22,609 nucleotides of DNA from Phycisphaerales bacterium (GTDB taxonomy: Bacteria > Planctomycetota > Phycisphaerae > UBA1845), in assembly GCA_020350565.1 (NCBI GenBank), contig CP070718.1, positions 1,496,863 to 1,519,471 on the forward strand. The letters run 5' to 3'. The position numbers were made by a program, and so were the translations under genes. Below are positions 1-8,113 of the stretch, in pieces; position 1 is the stretch's first letter; each line of letters begins with the position of its first letter. Below the pieces are notes generated by a model. It ran no database searches, had not been told where the DNA came from, and saw only the letters and a program-made list of their open reading frames with translations.

Positions 1-22
1 CAAGCTATCACCGCCCGACTAC

Positions 23-511
23 GTGAAAGAGCACGTTTTCGTCGAGGAAGTCACCGTGCTTCCCTTGGCTCAGCCAAGTCCGCTTGCAGTCGTCACGGAT
101 CAATCGATTGGAAGACAGTTGCAGGAACACCTTGTTCTTGAGTGTGAGACCTCCTCCGAAACCTATTTATCCGGAGAGACCGAGACGTGGCTTTTTTATC
201 ATCTGGGCCTTGAGAAGCCCGTGGAGGTAAGCCTGTGCATGGATGTTCACATCGAGGATGGGGAGAAGGAGATCACCCCTGCGTGGCCCATGATCTGGCG
301 GAAAAATGAAACGGATAATGAGGATTGGCACTTTACCTTAAGTCGGGAAACGGGTCTGACAGGAATGAAGTTCGTCCTGCGCCCCAACCGCGACTTGGCC
401 CTGACAACGCTCGAAATCTTCGATATGTGGGGAACCGAGATCAGGTGCTATTTACCGCCGCTCTCAGATGAAATGCAGCGAGCTCGCGTTGAAGTTTCAG
501 GACTCGAGTAG
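23..511 (+). CDS. hypothetical acidic protein (no recognisable family); the reading frame is open back to base 2 so the gene may begin upstream of the window
   Basis: The ORF is 162 aa with a GTG start in the track. Local GC is lower (about 52-55%) than the rest of the window. No motif was recognised. Its 3' end overlaps the convergent NUDIX gene by 15 bp. Confidence 0.35.
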   Translation: MKEHVFVEEVTVLPLAQPSPLAVVTDQSIGRQLQEHLVLECETSSETYLSGETETWLFYHLGLEKPVEVSLCMDVHIEDGEKEITPAWPMIWRKNETDNEDWHFTLSRETGLTGMKFVLRPNRDLALTTLEIFDMWGTEIRCYLPPLSDEMQRARVEVSGLE

Positions 512-898
512 CCATTCCACGACCGGCTTGGAGATGTCGTCGAACTCGTATTCCTGGAGGTGATGCTTGGATATCCAGCGAATTTCCTCGTATGGGCCCG
601 GAGTGGCCTCACCGTCGAGGACGCCGCAGATGAAGAAGCGGATCTCGACCTCCCGGCCCTCGACATGGGCCAGAAACGGCGGCTGCCCGACGACGATCTC
701 GATCTTCAGGCCCAGCGTATCCCGGGCGATGCGCCGCATCCCCTTCTCAGGCGATTCGTTCTCCTCGACGCGGCCATGCGGGAACTGCCAGAGCCTCCGT
801 TCGGGATCGGTGGGACTGCGCAGGGCGATGAGCACGGTATCGTCATGGCGCTCGATGATCGCGGCGGTGTATGTGGGACGGATGCGCATCAGGCTCAT
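497..898 (-). CDS. NUDIX (MutT-like) hydrolase
   Basis: The 133-aa ORF carries a Nudix box-like segment, GRVEENESPEKGMRRIARDTLGL, which approximates the GX5EX7REUXEEXGU consensus. Its size is typical of single-domain Nudix enzymes. An AGGAGA sequence lies 4 nt upstream of the ATG at 898. Confidence 0.7.
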   Translation of the reverse strand: MSLMRIRPTYTAAIIERHDDTVLIALRSPTDPERRLWQFPHGRVEENESPEKGMRRIARDTLGLKIEIVVGQPPFLAHVEGREVEIRFFICGVLDGEATPGPYEEIRWISKHHLQEYEFDDISKPVVEWLLES

Positions 899-1030
899 GG
901 GGTCTCCTGCTCCACAACTAAAGGATCGCCTATTTGTTTTTCAAGAAGGGACAGGCACCTCACGGCTGTGTGTGCTTGTTGCTGCGGGTGGCCGAGCACA
1001 CCGAGCCGCTTCCCTCCTTTGAGCGTGCCG

Positions 1031-1771
1031 CTACTCAATTCCATCGACGGCCTCAAGGATAACTTCGCCCGCCTCCAAAACCTCGAGACCCTCTCCATCA
1101 CCCCCGGAAGAAGGTAAGCCGCCCGCCGAATCCTCTTCCAGCCTCAAGGGCCAGGTCATCGAGGCCACGCCGAACGCCAGCAGGCCGATCGACACCACCA
1201 CCCGTATCGCCCACCAGTGCTTCACCTGATTGCGCTTAATGGTCCTGCGAGGACCGTCGAGAACGCCCTTTTTGATTCGACCGTCCGTAAGCGACCAGCG
1301 AACATACCCGATCAGGCCGCCGGGCGGATATTCCTCGCGCAAATACGCTCGCACATCCTCGGCCATCTTTTCGATGTGCTGCTGCCGAGTCATATCGATA
1401 GAACGCGTAGCGTCAGTGGCCTTCTGGCCCATTTCGCGGGGGAAGTCCCGGCTTTCAAGAACGAAGGCGGTGCACCAGCAGACCAGCACGATGACCGTCG
1501 TCCCGACAACGATTGCGCCTTTGCCGTACGGCCTGCCGGGAGCGGCGATGCGGAAGACCAGTGCCCCGATGATCAACCCGAAGAGTGCGAAGAAAAACAG
1601 CCCCAGCAAGAACGGCAGGAGCGCACCGAATGAGAGAAGCCAACTGAATGGCAGGGAGAACCATACCCCCACAAGAACCGCGCACCACCAGCGACCATGG
1701 GGCCCTTCGCGGGTCCTACCCGCTTGTGTGGACTTCGCCACCGCAGCCTGCTCTTGTACGCCAATCACCAT
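1031..1771 (-). CDS. hypothetical integral membrane protein (2-3 N-terminal TM helices, soluble C-terminal part)
   Basis: Hydrophobic segments include LVGVWFSLPFSWLLSFGALLPFLLGLFFFALFGLIIGALVF and AIVVGTTVIVLVCWCTAFVL. GC3 is high and consistent with the neighbours. The plus-strand ORF 1230..2015 opposite is an Arg-rich shadow ORF. Confidence 0.5.
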   Translation of the reverse strand: MVIGVQEQAAVAKSTQAGRTREGPHGRWWCAVLVGVWFSLPFSWLLSFGALLPFLLGLFFFALFGLIIGALVFRIAAPGRPYGKGAIVVGTTVIVLVCWCTAFVLESRDFPREMGQKATDATRSIDMTRQQHIEKMAEDVRAYLREEYPPGGLIGYVRWSLTDGRIKKGVLDGPRRTIKRNQVKHWWAIRVVVSIGLLAFGVASMTWPLRLEEDSAGGLPSSGGDGEGLEVLEAGEVILEAVDGIE

Positions 1772-2004
1772 CGATTACCACCGTTCGACCATCCAGCGAA
1801 CGCGAAGCATCGTATCTTCCCGTATCCGTTCACGATCCGCAACGGTCAGGTCGAAACACCCTTCCATCTGGGGATTCCCCGGCAAAACCATCGGTTCATT
1901 GTTCCGCCCGGAGGATGTGACTACGGGAATGAGTGGCCGACATAGGCACAGGCGCACCGCTATGGATCGCGGCACAGCTCCCAAGCCGTTCAGAGAAGCG
2001 CGGA

Positions 2005-2493
2005 CTACCAGTTGACGAAAGCCAGAACCATAAGAGCAGCACTGAGCACGATGGTGGCGATGGCGAGACCGTTATTCGGCGGGTTCTTCAGCTCATCGCG
2101 TGCCCAGTGTGGCAGGCGGAGCACGCGCACGTAGGCGAGGCCCAGGCATAGCCCGATGAACCCGGCGATGAAGCCGAGCAAACGGCCGAGGATCGGAGCC
2201 GTGCCGCCTTGCGTTCCGAGAACGGTCCCAACCACGAGGAGAACGGCGCCGACCAATGCCACCTTGAATCCAATGCCCACAAGATCGTTCGCCTCTTCGG
2301 CTCGCTGCATCAGAGCCTGCAGCTTTGCGGCCTCGCGTTTGATCTCTTTGCTGAGAACGATGTATCCACACTCCGGGCACCGGTTAGTGGTGGCACCGCG
2401 GAGGTTGTAACCGCACTTGGGGCACATAGGGGGCAGGTTCGACTGCCAGTCGTACTCCGCCATGCGTTCGATGTGGCCGGGCTCCAATGGCAT
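2005..2493 (-). CDS. zinc-ribbon domain membrane protein (N-terminal C-x2-C...C-x2-C ribbon, C-terminal TM helices)
   Basis: The N-terminal ribbon is CPKCGYNLRGATTNRCPECGY. It is followed by a charged helix and then 2-3 hydrophobic helices (VALVGAVLLVVGTVLG, LLGFIAGFIGLCLGLAYV, LAIATIVLSAALMVLAFV). Its start lies 3 nt after the thiE stop. Confidence 0.6.
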   Translation of the reverse strand: MPLEPGHIERMAEYDWQSNLPPMCPKCGYNLRGATTNRCPECGYIVLSKEIKREAAKLQALMQRAEEANDLVGIGFKVALVGAVLLVVGTVLGTQGGTAPILGRLLGFIAGFIGLCLGLAYVRVLRLPHWARDELKNPPNNGLAIATIVLSAALMVLAFVNW

Positions 2494-2496
2494 GGC

Positions 2497-3618
2497 CTAA
2501 CTCGCCTGATCTGAACTCTGATCGTACTGCGCGATCTTCTCTCTCAATCTGCGTGCGGCCGCCTCGATGTCGGCATGACCGATGACGGCCGAGCAAACAC
2601 CGATACAGCACAAACCCGCCGAGCAGACGTCGCCAACGTTTGACTCGTTGATCCCCCCGATGGCCACCAGGGGCAGGCCGGTGATCGACCGCGCATAGGC
2701 CAGCGTCGAGGGACCGGCGATGTGATCCTGCGGCTTCGTCGGCGAGTCGAACATCGGACCGACGGCAACGTAGTCCGGTGCCGCCTCAATCGCCTCCGCC
2801 AGCTGCGCTTTCGTATGGGTGCTGACACCGATGATCAAATCGGCTCCCGCGATGCGCCGCGCTTGTTCCACCGGCAGGTCGTCCTGTCCAACGTGGACAC
2901 CGTCGGCATGGCATAGCAGCGCCAGGTCGGGGCGATCGTTCATGATGAACAGAGCGTCATGATCATGGCACAACTTTACGAGCCGCTCGGTCCGCGCCAG
3001 CAGTTCCCGGTCAGGCAGGTCCTTTTCGCGCAACTGGAGGCAATCGGCGCCGCCACGAAGGGCCGCCTGAGCCGCCTCGAACCAGTCACCGGCGCAAAGG
3101 GCCTCACTAATCAGGACATAAAGCCGACAATGCCCGAATCGCTGCCGCGCTTGGACGTGTAAGCCCAACCGCTGTTCGAGTTCATAACCGCGGTAGCGTA
3201 GCGTCTCAACCGAAGCTCCGAACGTGGCGTCGACGATCTTGCCGTATTCCTCGATTGCGCGGAGGGCCTCGCTCAGGCGTTTTCCGGCGGCCAGGGCGAC
3301 GTCGCCAGTGGATGCGCGACGGTACTCCCGTTCCGTCTGGATATCGCGGCCCGCATCGTGCACGATGTCGCGGGACGGCAGCAACCGATCCACCAGGGAA
3401 TCCGGAATGGCCGCGGCCAGTGCGTGCCGAAGATCCTTGATGGCCTGGGACAAGGTTGCGTCGTCCAGAGCGAAGCGCGCAAAATCCTCCATCACGCGCA
3501 GGGCCTCGCGGGCGCGATTCAGGTTCGCATCGATGATGCGCGGCCCTTCCGTTTCCCACCCCTTGCCATGCAAAGGACCGGGCACGCGGGCGGATTCGTT
3601 CGGCTTCATGTCTGTCAT
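2497..3618 (-). CDS. thiE: thiamine-phosphate synthase (ThiE) with an N-terminal ThiD2-like extension
   Basis: The C-terminal 200 aa or so carry the ThiE/TMP-PPase signature regions (LYVLISEAL...GADCLQLREKD...ALFIMNDRPDLA...GVHVGQDDLP...IIGVSTHT...DYVAVGPMFDSPTKP...LVAIGGIN). The N-terminal 160 aa or so form an extra domain of the kind fused to ThiE in some lineages (ThiD2 family, assigned from memory). An alternative ATG is at 3609. Confidence 0.85.
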   Translation of the reverse strand: MTDMKPNESARVPGPLHGKGWETEGPRIIDANLNRAREALRVMEDFARFALDDATLSQAIKDLRHALAAAIPDSLVDRLLPSRDIVHDAGRDIQTEREYRRASTGDVALAAGKRLSEALRAIEEYGKIVDATFGASVETLRYRGYELEQRLGLHVQARQRFGHCRLYVLISEALCAGDWFEAAQAALRGGADCLQLREKDLPDRELLARTERLVKLCHDHDALFIMNDRPDLALLCHADGVHVGQDDLPVEQARRIAGADLIIGVSTHTKAQLAEAIEAAPDYVAVGPMFDSPTKPQDHIAGPSTLAYARSITGLPLVAIGGINESNVGDVCSAGLCCIGVCSAVIGHADIEAAARRLREKIAQYDQSSDQAS

Positions 3619-3692
3619 GGGCAGTGCATATCATAATCGATGACATCGGGCCCGTCGAAATGTCACGCGCATGATGGTGTGAAGAGGACGCA

Positions 3693-3893
3693 GCATCACG
3701 GGTGGCATGGGCAGACCTCTGGGTCTGCCCGTGCGGCGGGTGGCATGGGCAGACCTTTGAGTCTGCCCGTGCCCTAAACCCATGGCCAAGTGCACGGGCA
3801 GGCTCCACTTTTTGTGCCGCAGGGATCCAGACAAACGGGCAAACCTGCGCCCCCCGGGTGCCTGAGGTAGCCCACGCCTGCCCATGCCACCCC
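3693..3893. repeat. nested palindromic repeat array: two tandem copies of GGTGGCATGGGCAGACC-N3-GGTCTGCCCGTGC plus inverted partial copies
   Basis: Tandem units lie at about 3700-3734 and 3737-3771, and each is a 9-bp-stem hairpin (GGGCAGACC / GGTCTGCCC). GCACGGGCAGGC at 3792-3803 is an inverted half-copy. GCCTGCCCATGCCACC at 3878-3893 is the reverse complement of GGTGGCATGGGCAGGC. The short motifs GCATCAC and GGATGGGGCG recur up to about 4018. Confidence 0.75.
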
Positions 3894-4030
3894 GGCGCAC
3901 GGGGATGGTCGTGGCCCCTAGGGCGGGCCGGCTCGCACCCATTGCTCTGCAGTGGATGGGGCGCATCACGGCCGCGCAATCAGTGGGGCACCCCGCATCA
4001 CAAAATGGATGGGGCGGGTCCTGGTGAACC

Positions 4031-7000
4031 TTAATCCCGGTGGAAGTCCTGGTCGGGGAGGCCGAGGTGCCATTTGAACTGTTTGATGGCGCAGAAACAC
4101 GTCGGCACGACGAACAAGGAAACGAGAACGACAAACATGCCCCCGAAAACCGGAAGGGCCATGGGTGTCATGACGTCGCTGCCCCGGCCGGTGGAGATCA
4201 AAACGGGCGTCAAGGCCGCCAGGGTGGTGAAGGTGGTCATGAGGCATGGCCTGATGCGGCGCAGGCCCGCCTCCACCACGCGCTCCTCGATCTCCTCGAA
4301 GCGGCGGATCTTCTTTCGGCTGAATGTCTGATCGAGGTACGTGCCCAGCACGATGCCGTCATCGACAGCAATGCCGAAGAGGGCAATGAAGCCGACCCAG
4401 ACGGCCACGGTGAGATACATGGCGTCGCCGGGGAACGGCCGATCCATGATGCCTGCAAGATAGAGGGAATCCTGAATCTGCGGCCAGTACTCCAGGAAAA
4501 GGAACCCGCCCGCGAATGCCACAGGGATGGCGAAAAAGATGACCAGCGCCAGGGGGAACCGCTTGAACTGAAAGTAGATCAGCAACAGGTTGATCAGAAG
4601 AACCAGAGGCAGCAAAAGCGCCAATCGCTTCTTGGCGCGGAGGTTTCGCTCGTAGCTGCCGGTCCATTTGAGGTAATAACCATCGGGTACATCGAGCGCG
4701 CCGTCAATCACAGCGCGGTCCAGAATGGCCTGGCCGCGGTGAACCAGTGTCGTCTCATCGACGCCGACGTTGTTCATGGTCACGTAGCTGACGTATTTCG
4801 CACCCTCGCGCCGCACACTCATCGGGCCGACGACGCTGCGAATCTCCGCAACCTGAGCGATGGGGATTTGTGCGCCGGACGGTGTCGGGATGAGAATCCT
4901 CTCCAAGTTGGGCACGTCGTCGCGCAGCTCGCGTTGATAGCGAATGCGGACGGGGTAGCGGTCCAGTCCCTCGAAGGTGGTGGTGAGGTTCTTGCCGCCG
5001 ACGGCTACCTCAATCACTTGCTGCACGTCCGTTATGCTGACGCCGTAGCGAGCGACGGCCTCGCGATCAATGAAGAACTCCAGGTACGGCTTGCCGCTGA
5101 CCCGGACGGCGTTGATGGCTTGGGCCCCTTCCAGCTTTTCACGCAGGATTCTTTCGACGTCGACGGCGAGCTCTTCGCAGCGCGCGAGGCTGTCTCCGTA
5201 GACCTTGATGCCGATTTTGGCGTTCAAGCCCGTGCTCAACATTTCGACGCGTGTTCGAATGGGCTGCAGCTCGGCGGAGGGGAGCACACCGGGATAGCGG
5301 CCGGCCTCCTTGATCGCGTCCCAGATCTCGCTCATGGTCCGCTTGCGCATGTGACCGGGGTGCTCGGGATCGTCAACCACCGGCCACTCCTCACGCGGGC
5401 GGAGGAGGATCATGGTCTCGAGCATGCCCACCGGGGCCGGATCCAGCGCGGAATCGATGCGCCCGAGTTTGCCGACGACCGACTCCACCTCGGGAATCTG
5501 CGCGAACTGGACATCCTGCTTCTGCATCACCTCCATAACGGTGTTGAACGAGCCTGCCGGCAACACGCTGGGCATGTACAGGAAGTCGCCCTCGTCAAGC
5601 GGCGGCATGAACTCCTGCCCAATGCCGGTGTCCTTTTCAAGCAGGTCGGCCAGGGGAGTCATCTGACGCGGCATCGGCTCTCCCCCAGACTGAACAGACG
5701 CAGCATCGGCGCCGAACATCGCGGCGACCGCGCGGCTGTGGTCCACGAGGCCGATCCGGTCGAGGCCGAAGCCGAGGAGTACGCCGATGACGACGGAGAG
5801 GATGCGTTTCGCCCACGTGCGCAGTGGCGAAGTGTAGTCGACGTTTCCCTGTCCGCGGAGGCGGAGGAGGCGGATGGACTCCAGAAGCAAAGGCAGGATC
5901 AGTACGCCAATGAACAGTCCGAGAACCAGATGCACCCACCAGGCGAGCGACCAATCGGCGATCGACAAACCGAGGGCGCTCATCGGTGCCACAAGAATGC
6001 GGAGCACGTTTCCCCACCCGAGCCAGATGGAAAGACCCCAGACCACAATGACGATCGGGATGGCAAGGAAGATCGGCTTGTGGTGCAGGATCCATCGCAA
6101 GGTCGGTTCGTAGACGTAGCGAATCAAGCGGCTGACGGGATTCTCTGAAATCGGTCGAATTCGTTCACGCAGGAGAAACCACGTCACGATGAAAGCGAGC
6201 GCCACGATCAGCAGGAGCATCAGCCACGGCGGGATGCCCAGGTAGGTGAGGACCGCGTTCTTGATACGGGCCGCCGACTCGAATCGATCCGCCCATGCCC
6301 AGGCGCCGGCGATTCCACCGGCAACGATCAGTGAGACGACGGCAGACCTTGCCCGGGAAAAGCGGCGCTCCCGCAGAAGCAGCCCGGCCAGCGGAGGAAT
6401 GATTGTCAGCGCAAGCAAAACCGAGCCTGCCATGCAGAACGTCTTGGTCCACGCGAGCGGCGTGAACAGCTTGGCCGCCTGCCCTTCGAGAAAGAACACC
6501 GGCAGGAAGGAAAGGATCGTCGTTGTGGTGGCGGTGACGATGGCGGGACCCACTTCGAGCGCCGCCTGCTCCAGAAGCTCCGCTCGCTTGCCCTTGTCGA
6601 TGACTTGCCTTTCCCGTCCGTTCGGAGCGACTTCCACCCGCACGTACTCACTGCGGTTGTCCGTCAGGGTCTGATAGACGTTCTCGGTCATGACGATGCC
6701 CATGTCGACCATCGTGCCGATGGCGATGGCGATACCCGCCAGGCTCATGATGTTAGATGGCACGCCAAGCGATCGCATGCAGATGAACGCAAACAGAACG
6801 GCGAGCGGCAGGGTAACGGCAATCACCAGGCTGCTGCGGAAGTGCAGGAGAAAAAGGAGTACCGCGACGATGGTGATGACCAGCTCCTGTGAAAGGGCCG
6901 ATCCGAGCGTTGCCATGGTCTCGTTGATGAGTTCGGTCCGGTCGTAGCAGGCGTTGATGCGGACACCGGGCGGCAGGCCCGGCTCAATCGCCGTGATCTT

Positions 7001-8113
7001 TGCTTTGACGCGGGTAATGACGTCGAGCGGGTTTTCACCAAAGCGCATCACGACGCAGCCGCCAACGGCCTCGGCACCCATCTTGTCCAGAGCGCCGCGG
7101 CGGAAGTCGGGCCCCGTCGCCACCGTGGCCAGTTGTCGCACATAGATGGGCGTATCGTCGCGGGCTTTGACCACGATATTCTCGATATCCCTGATCGCAG
7201 CGCGCTCCCGCTCCGCTCTCGTTCCCGTACTGCGCTCGCCGCCGCCCAGGAAGCCCACTCCCCGGACAAAGACTTCCATTCCCTGTTGCTCGACGACCTT
7301 CGCACCGACATCCAGGTTGGAGGAGCGGACCGCGGAAACCAGTTCCGCCAGGGAAACACCGAACGCGCGCAGCGCCTCCGGATTCACATCGATCTGATAC
7401 TGACGAACGTAACCGCCGATGCTGGCGGCCTGGCTCACACCTTCCACGCTCTCCAGGGCGAGCTTGACATCGAAGTCCTGGATGCTTCGAAGCTCATCGA
7501 GCGGCAGTTGGCTGAAGACCAGACCTTCCCCGGTAAGGGGAGACTGGTAGGGCTCGGCGTTGTCGAGCTTCTCTTCCAGAGAGGGATCGGCCTTGAGCAA
7601 TGCAGCCCGCGAGGCCTCGGTCAAGGTCCCGTCTTCGTTGAAGCGCAGGCCCGGGTGACTCGGCGAATACCATCCGTTTTCCACGGTGTACCAGAAAACC
7701 TGGCCCAGGGCGGTGGCATCGGGGCCGAGGGTCGGCGTGACGCCCTCCGGCAATTCCGTCTGGGCGACGTTGAGCCGCTCGAGGACGCGGCTCCGCGCCC
7801 AGTAGAAATCGACTTGATCTTGGAATACGACGTAGACGATCGACCAGCCGAAGCCACTTGTAGCCCGGATCTCGCGGACGTTCGGCACACCCTGCAAGGC
7901 AACGGTCAGCGGATAGGTGACCTGCTCATCCACATCCTTCGGGCTGCGGCCCATCCAGTCGGTGAAGACGATCACCTGATTGTCCGCGATGTCCGGGATC
8001 GCGTCCTTTGGTGTTCGATCAAAGGAACGCCACCCCCAGGCCAGGAGCACCACGCCGAGGACAAGCGCCAGTAGCGGCGATCGCAGAAACGTCTTGATCA
8101 GTGCGTTAACCAC
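4031..8113 (-). CDS. cusA: CusA/CzcA-family heavy-metal efflux RND permease (HME-RND); unusually long, about 1360 aa
   Basis: Homology to CusA/CzcA is clear across the whole protein. The N-terminus is NALIKTFLRSPLLALVLGVVLLAWGW...AIPDIADNQVIVFTDW...VTYPL...FYWARSRVLERL. The TM4 region contains AIAIGTMVDMGIVMTENV. The C-terminus ends with TM12 and the protein is roughly 300 aa longer than the typical 1040 aa. The preferred start is the GTG at 8113, which has AAGGAG 7 nt upstream and overlaps the adaptor stop by 8 nt. The track start is the ATG at 8146, and an ATG at 8131 is also possible. Metal specificity (Cu/Ag versus Zn/Co/Cd) is not determined. Confidence 0.9.
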   Translation of the reverse strand: MVNALIKTFLRSPLLALVLGVVLLAWGWRSFDRTPKDAIPDIADNQVIVFTDWMGRSPKDVDEQVTYPLTVALQGVPNVREIRATSGFGWSIVYVVFQDQVDFYWARSRVLERLNVAQTELPEGVTPTLGPDATALGQVFWYTVENGWYSPSHPGLRFNEDGTLTEASRAALLKADPSLEEKLDNAEPYQSPLTGEGLVFSQLPLDELRSIQDFDVKLALESVEGVSQAASIGGYVRQYQIDVNPEALRAFGVSLAELVSAVRSSNLDVGAKVVEQQGMEVFVRGVGFLGGGERSTGTRAERERAAIRDIENIVVKARDDTPIYVRQLATVATGPDFRRGALDKMGAEAVGGCVVMRFGENPLDVITRVKAKITAIEPGLPPGVRINACYDRTELINETMATLGSALSQELVITIVAVLLFLLHFRSSLVIAVTLPLAVLFAFICMRSLGVPSNIMSLAGIAIAIGTMVDMGIVMTENVYQTLTDNRSEYVRVEVAPNGRERQVIDKGKRAELLEQAALEVGPAIVTATTTTILSFLPVFFLEGQAAKLFTPLAWTKTFCMAGSVLLALTIIPPLAGLLLRERRFSRARSAVVSLIVAGGIAGAWAWADRFESAARIKNAVLTYLGIPPWLMLLLIVALAFIVTWFLLRERIRPISENPVSRLIRYVYEPTLRWILHHKPIFLAIPIVIVVWGLSIWLGWGNVLRILVAPMSALGLSIADWSLAWWVHLVLGLFIGVLILPLLLESIRLLRLRGQGNVDYTSPLRTWAKRILSVVIGVLLGFGLDRIGLVDHSRAVAAMFGADAASVQSGGEPMPRQMTPLADLLEKDTGIGQEFMPPLDEGDFLYMPSVLPAGSFNTVMEVMQKQDVQFAQIPEVESVVGKLGRIDSALDPAPVGMLETMILLRPREEWPVVDDPEHPGHMRKRTMSEIWDAIKEAGRYPGVLPSAELQPIRTRVEMLSTGLNAKIGIKVYGDSLARCEELAVDVERILREKLEGAQAINAVRVSGKPYLEFFIDREAVARYGVSITDVQQVIEVAVGGKNLTTTFEGLDRYPVRIRYQRELRDDVPNLERILIPTPSGAQIPIAQVAEIRSVVGPMSVRREGAKYVSYVTMNNVGVDETTLVHRGQAILDRAVIDGALDVPDGYYLKWTGSYERNLRAKKRLALLLPLVLLINLLLIYFQFKRFPLALVIFFAIPVAFAGGFLFLEYWPQIQDSLYLAGIMDRPFPGDAMYLTVAVWVGFIALFGIAVDDGIVLGTYLDQTFSRKKIRRFEEIEERVVEAGLRRIRPCLMTTFTTLAALTPVLISTGRGSDVMTPMALPVFGGMFVVLVSLFVVPTCFCAIKQFKWHLGLPDQDFHRD

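Noticed and set aside
3840-3900. Plus-strand GGGTGCCTGAGG ... CCGGCGCACGGGGA resembling pieces of a TPP riboswitch
   Set aside because: It is on the wrong strand for thiE, which is minus, and there is no plus-strand gene downstream. The aptamer core lacks the GAACCUGAUC element, so the resemblance is coincidental in GC-rich repeat DNA.
3206-4134. Minus-strand ORFs 3206..3979 and 3631..4134, and plus-strand 3224..3643
   Set aside because: They run through the repeat-filled intergenic region and the thiE 5' end in wrong frames. The sequences are Arg/Pro-rich, and the ORFs are created by the GC-rich palindromic repeats.
4040-6148. 702-aa plus-strand ORF
   Set aside because: It is antisense to the unmistakable CusA/CzcA homolog and has an Arg/Gly/Asp/His-rich composition with no motifs. 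It is a classic shadow ORF in high-GC DNA. The same applies to 7133..8074 +.
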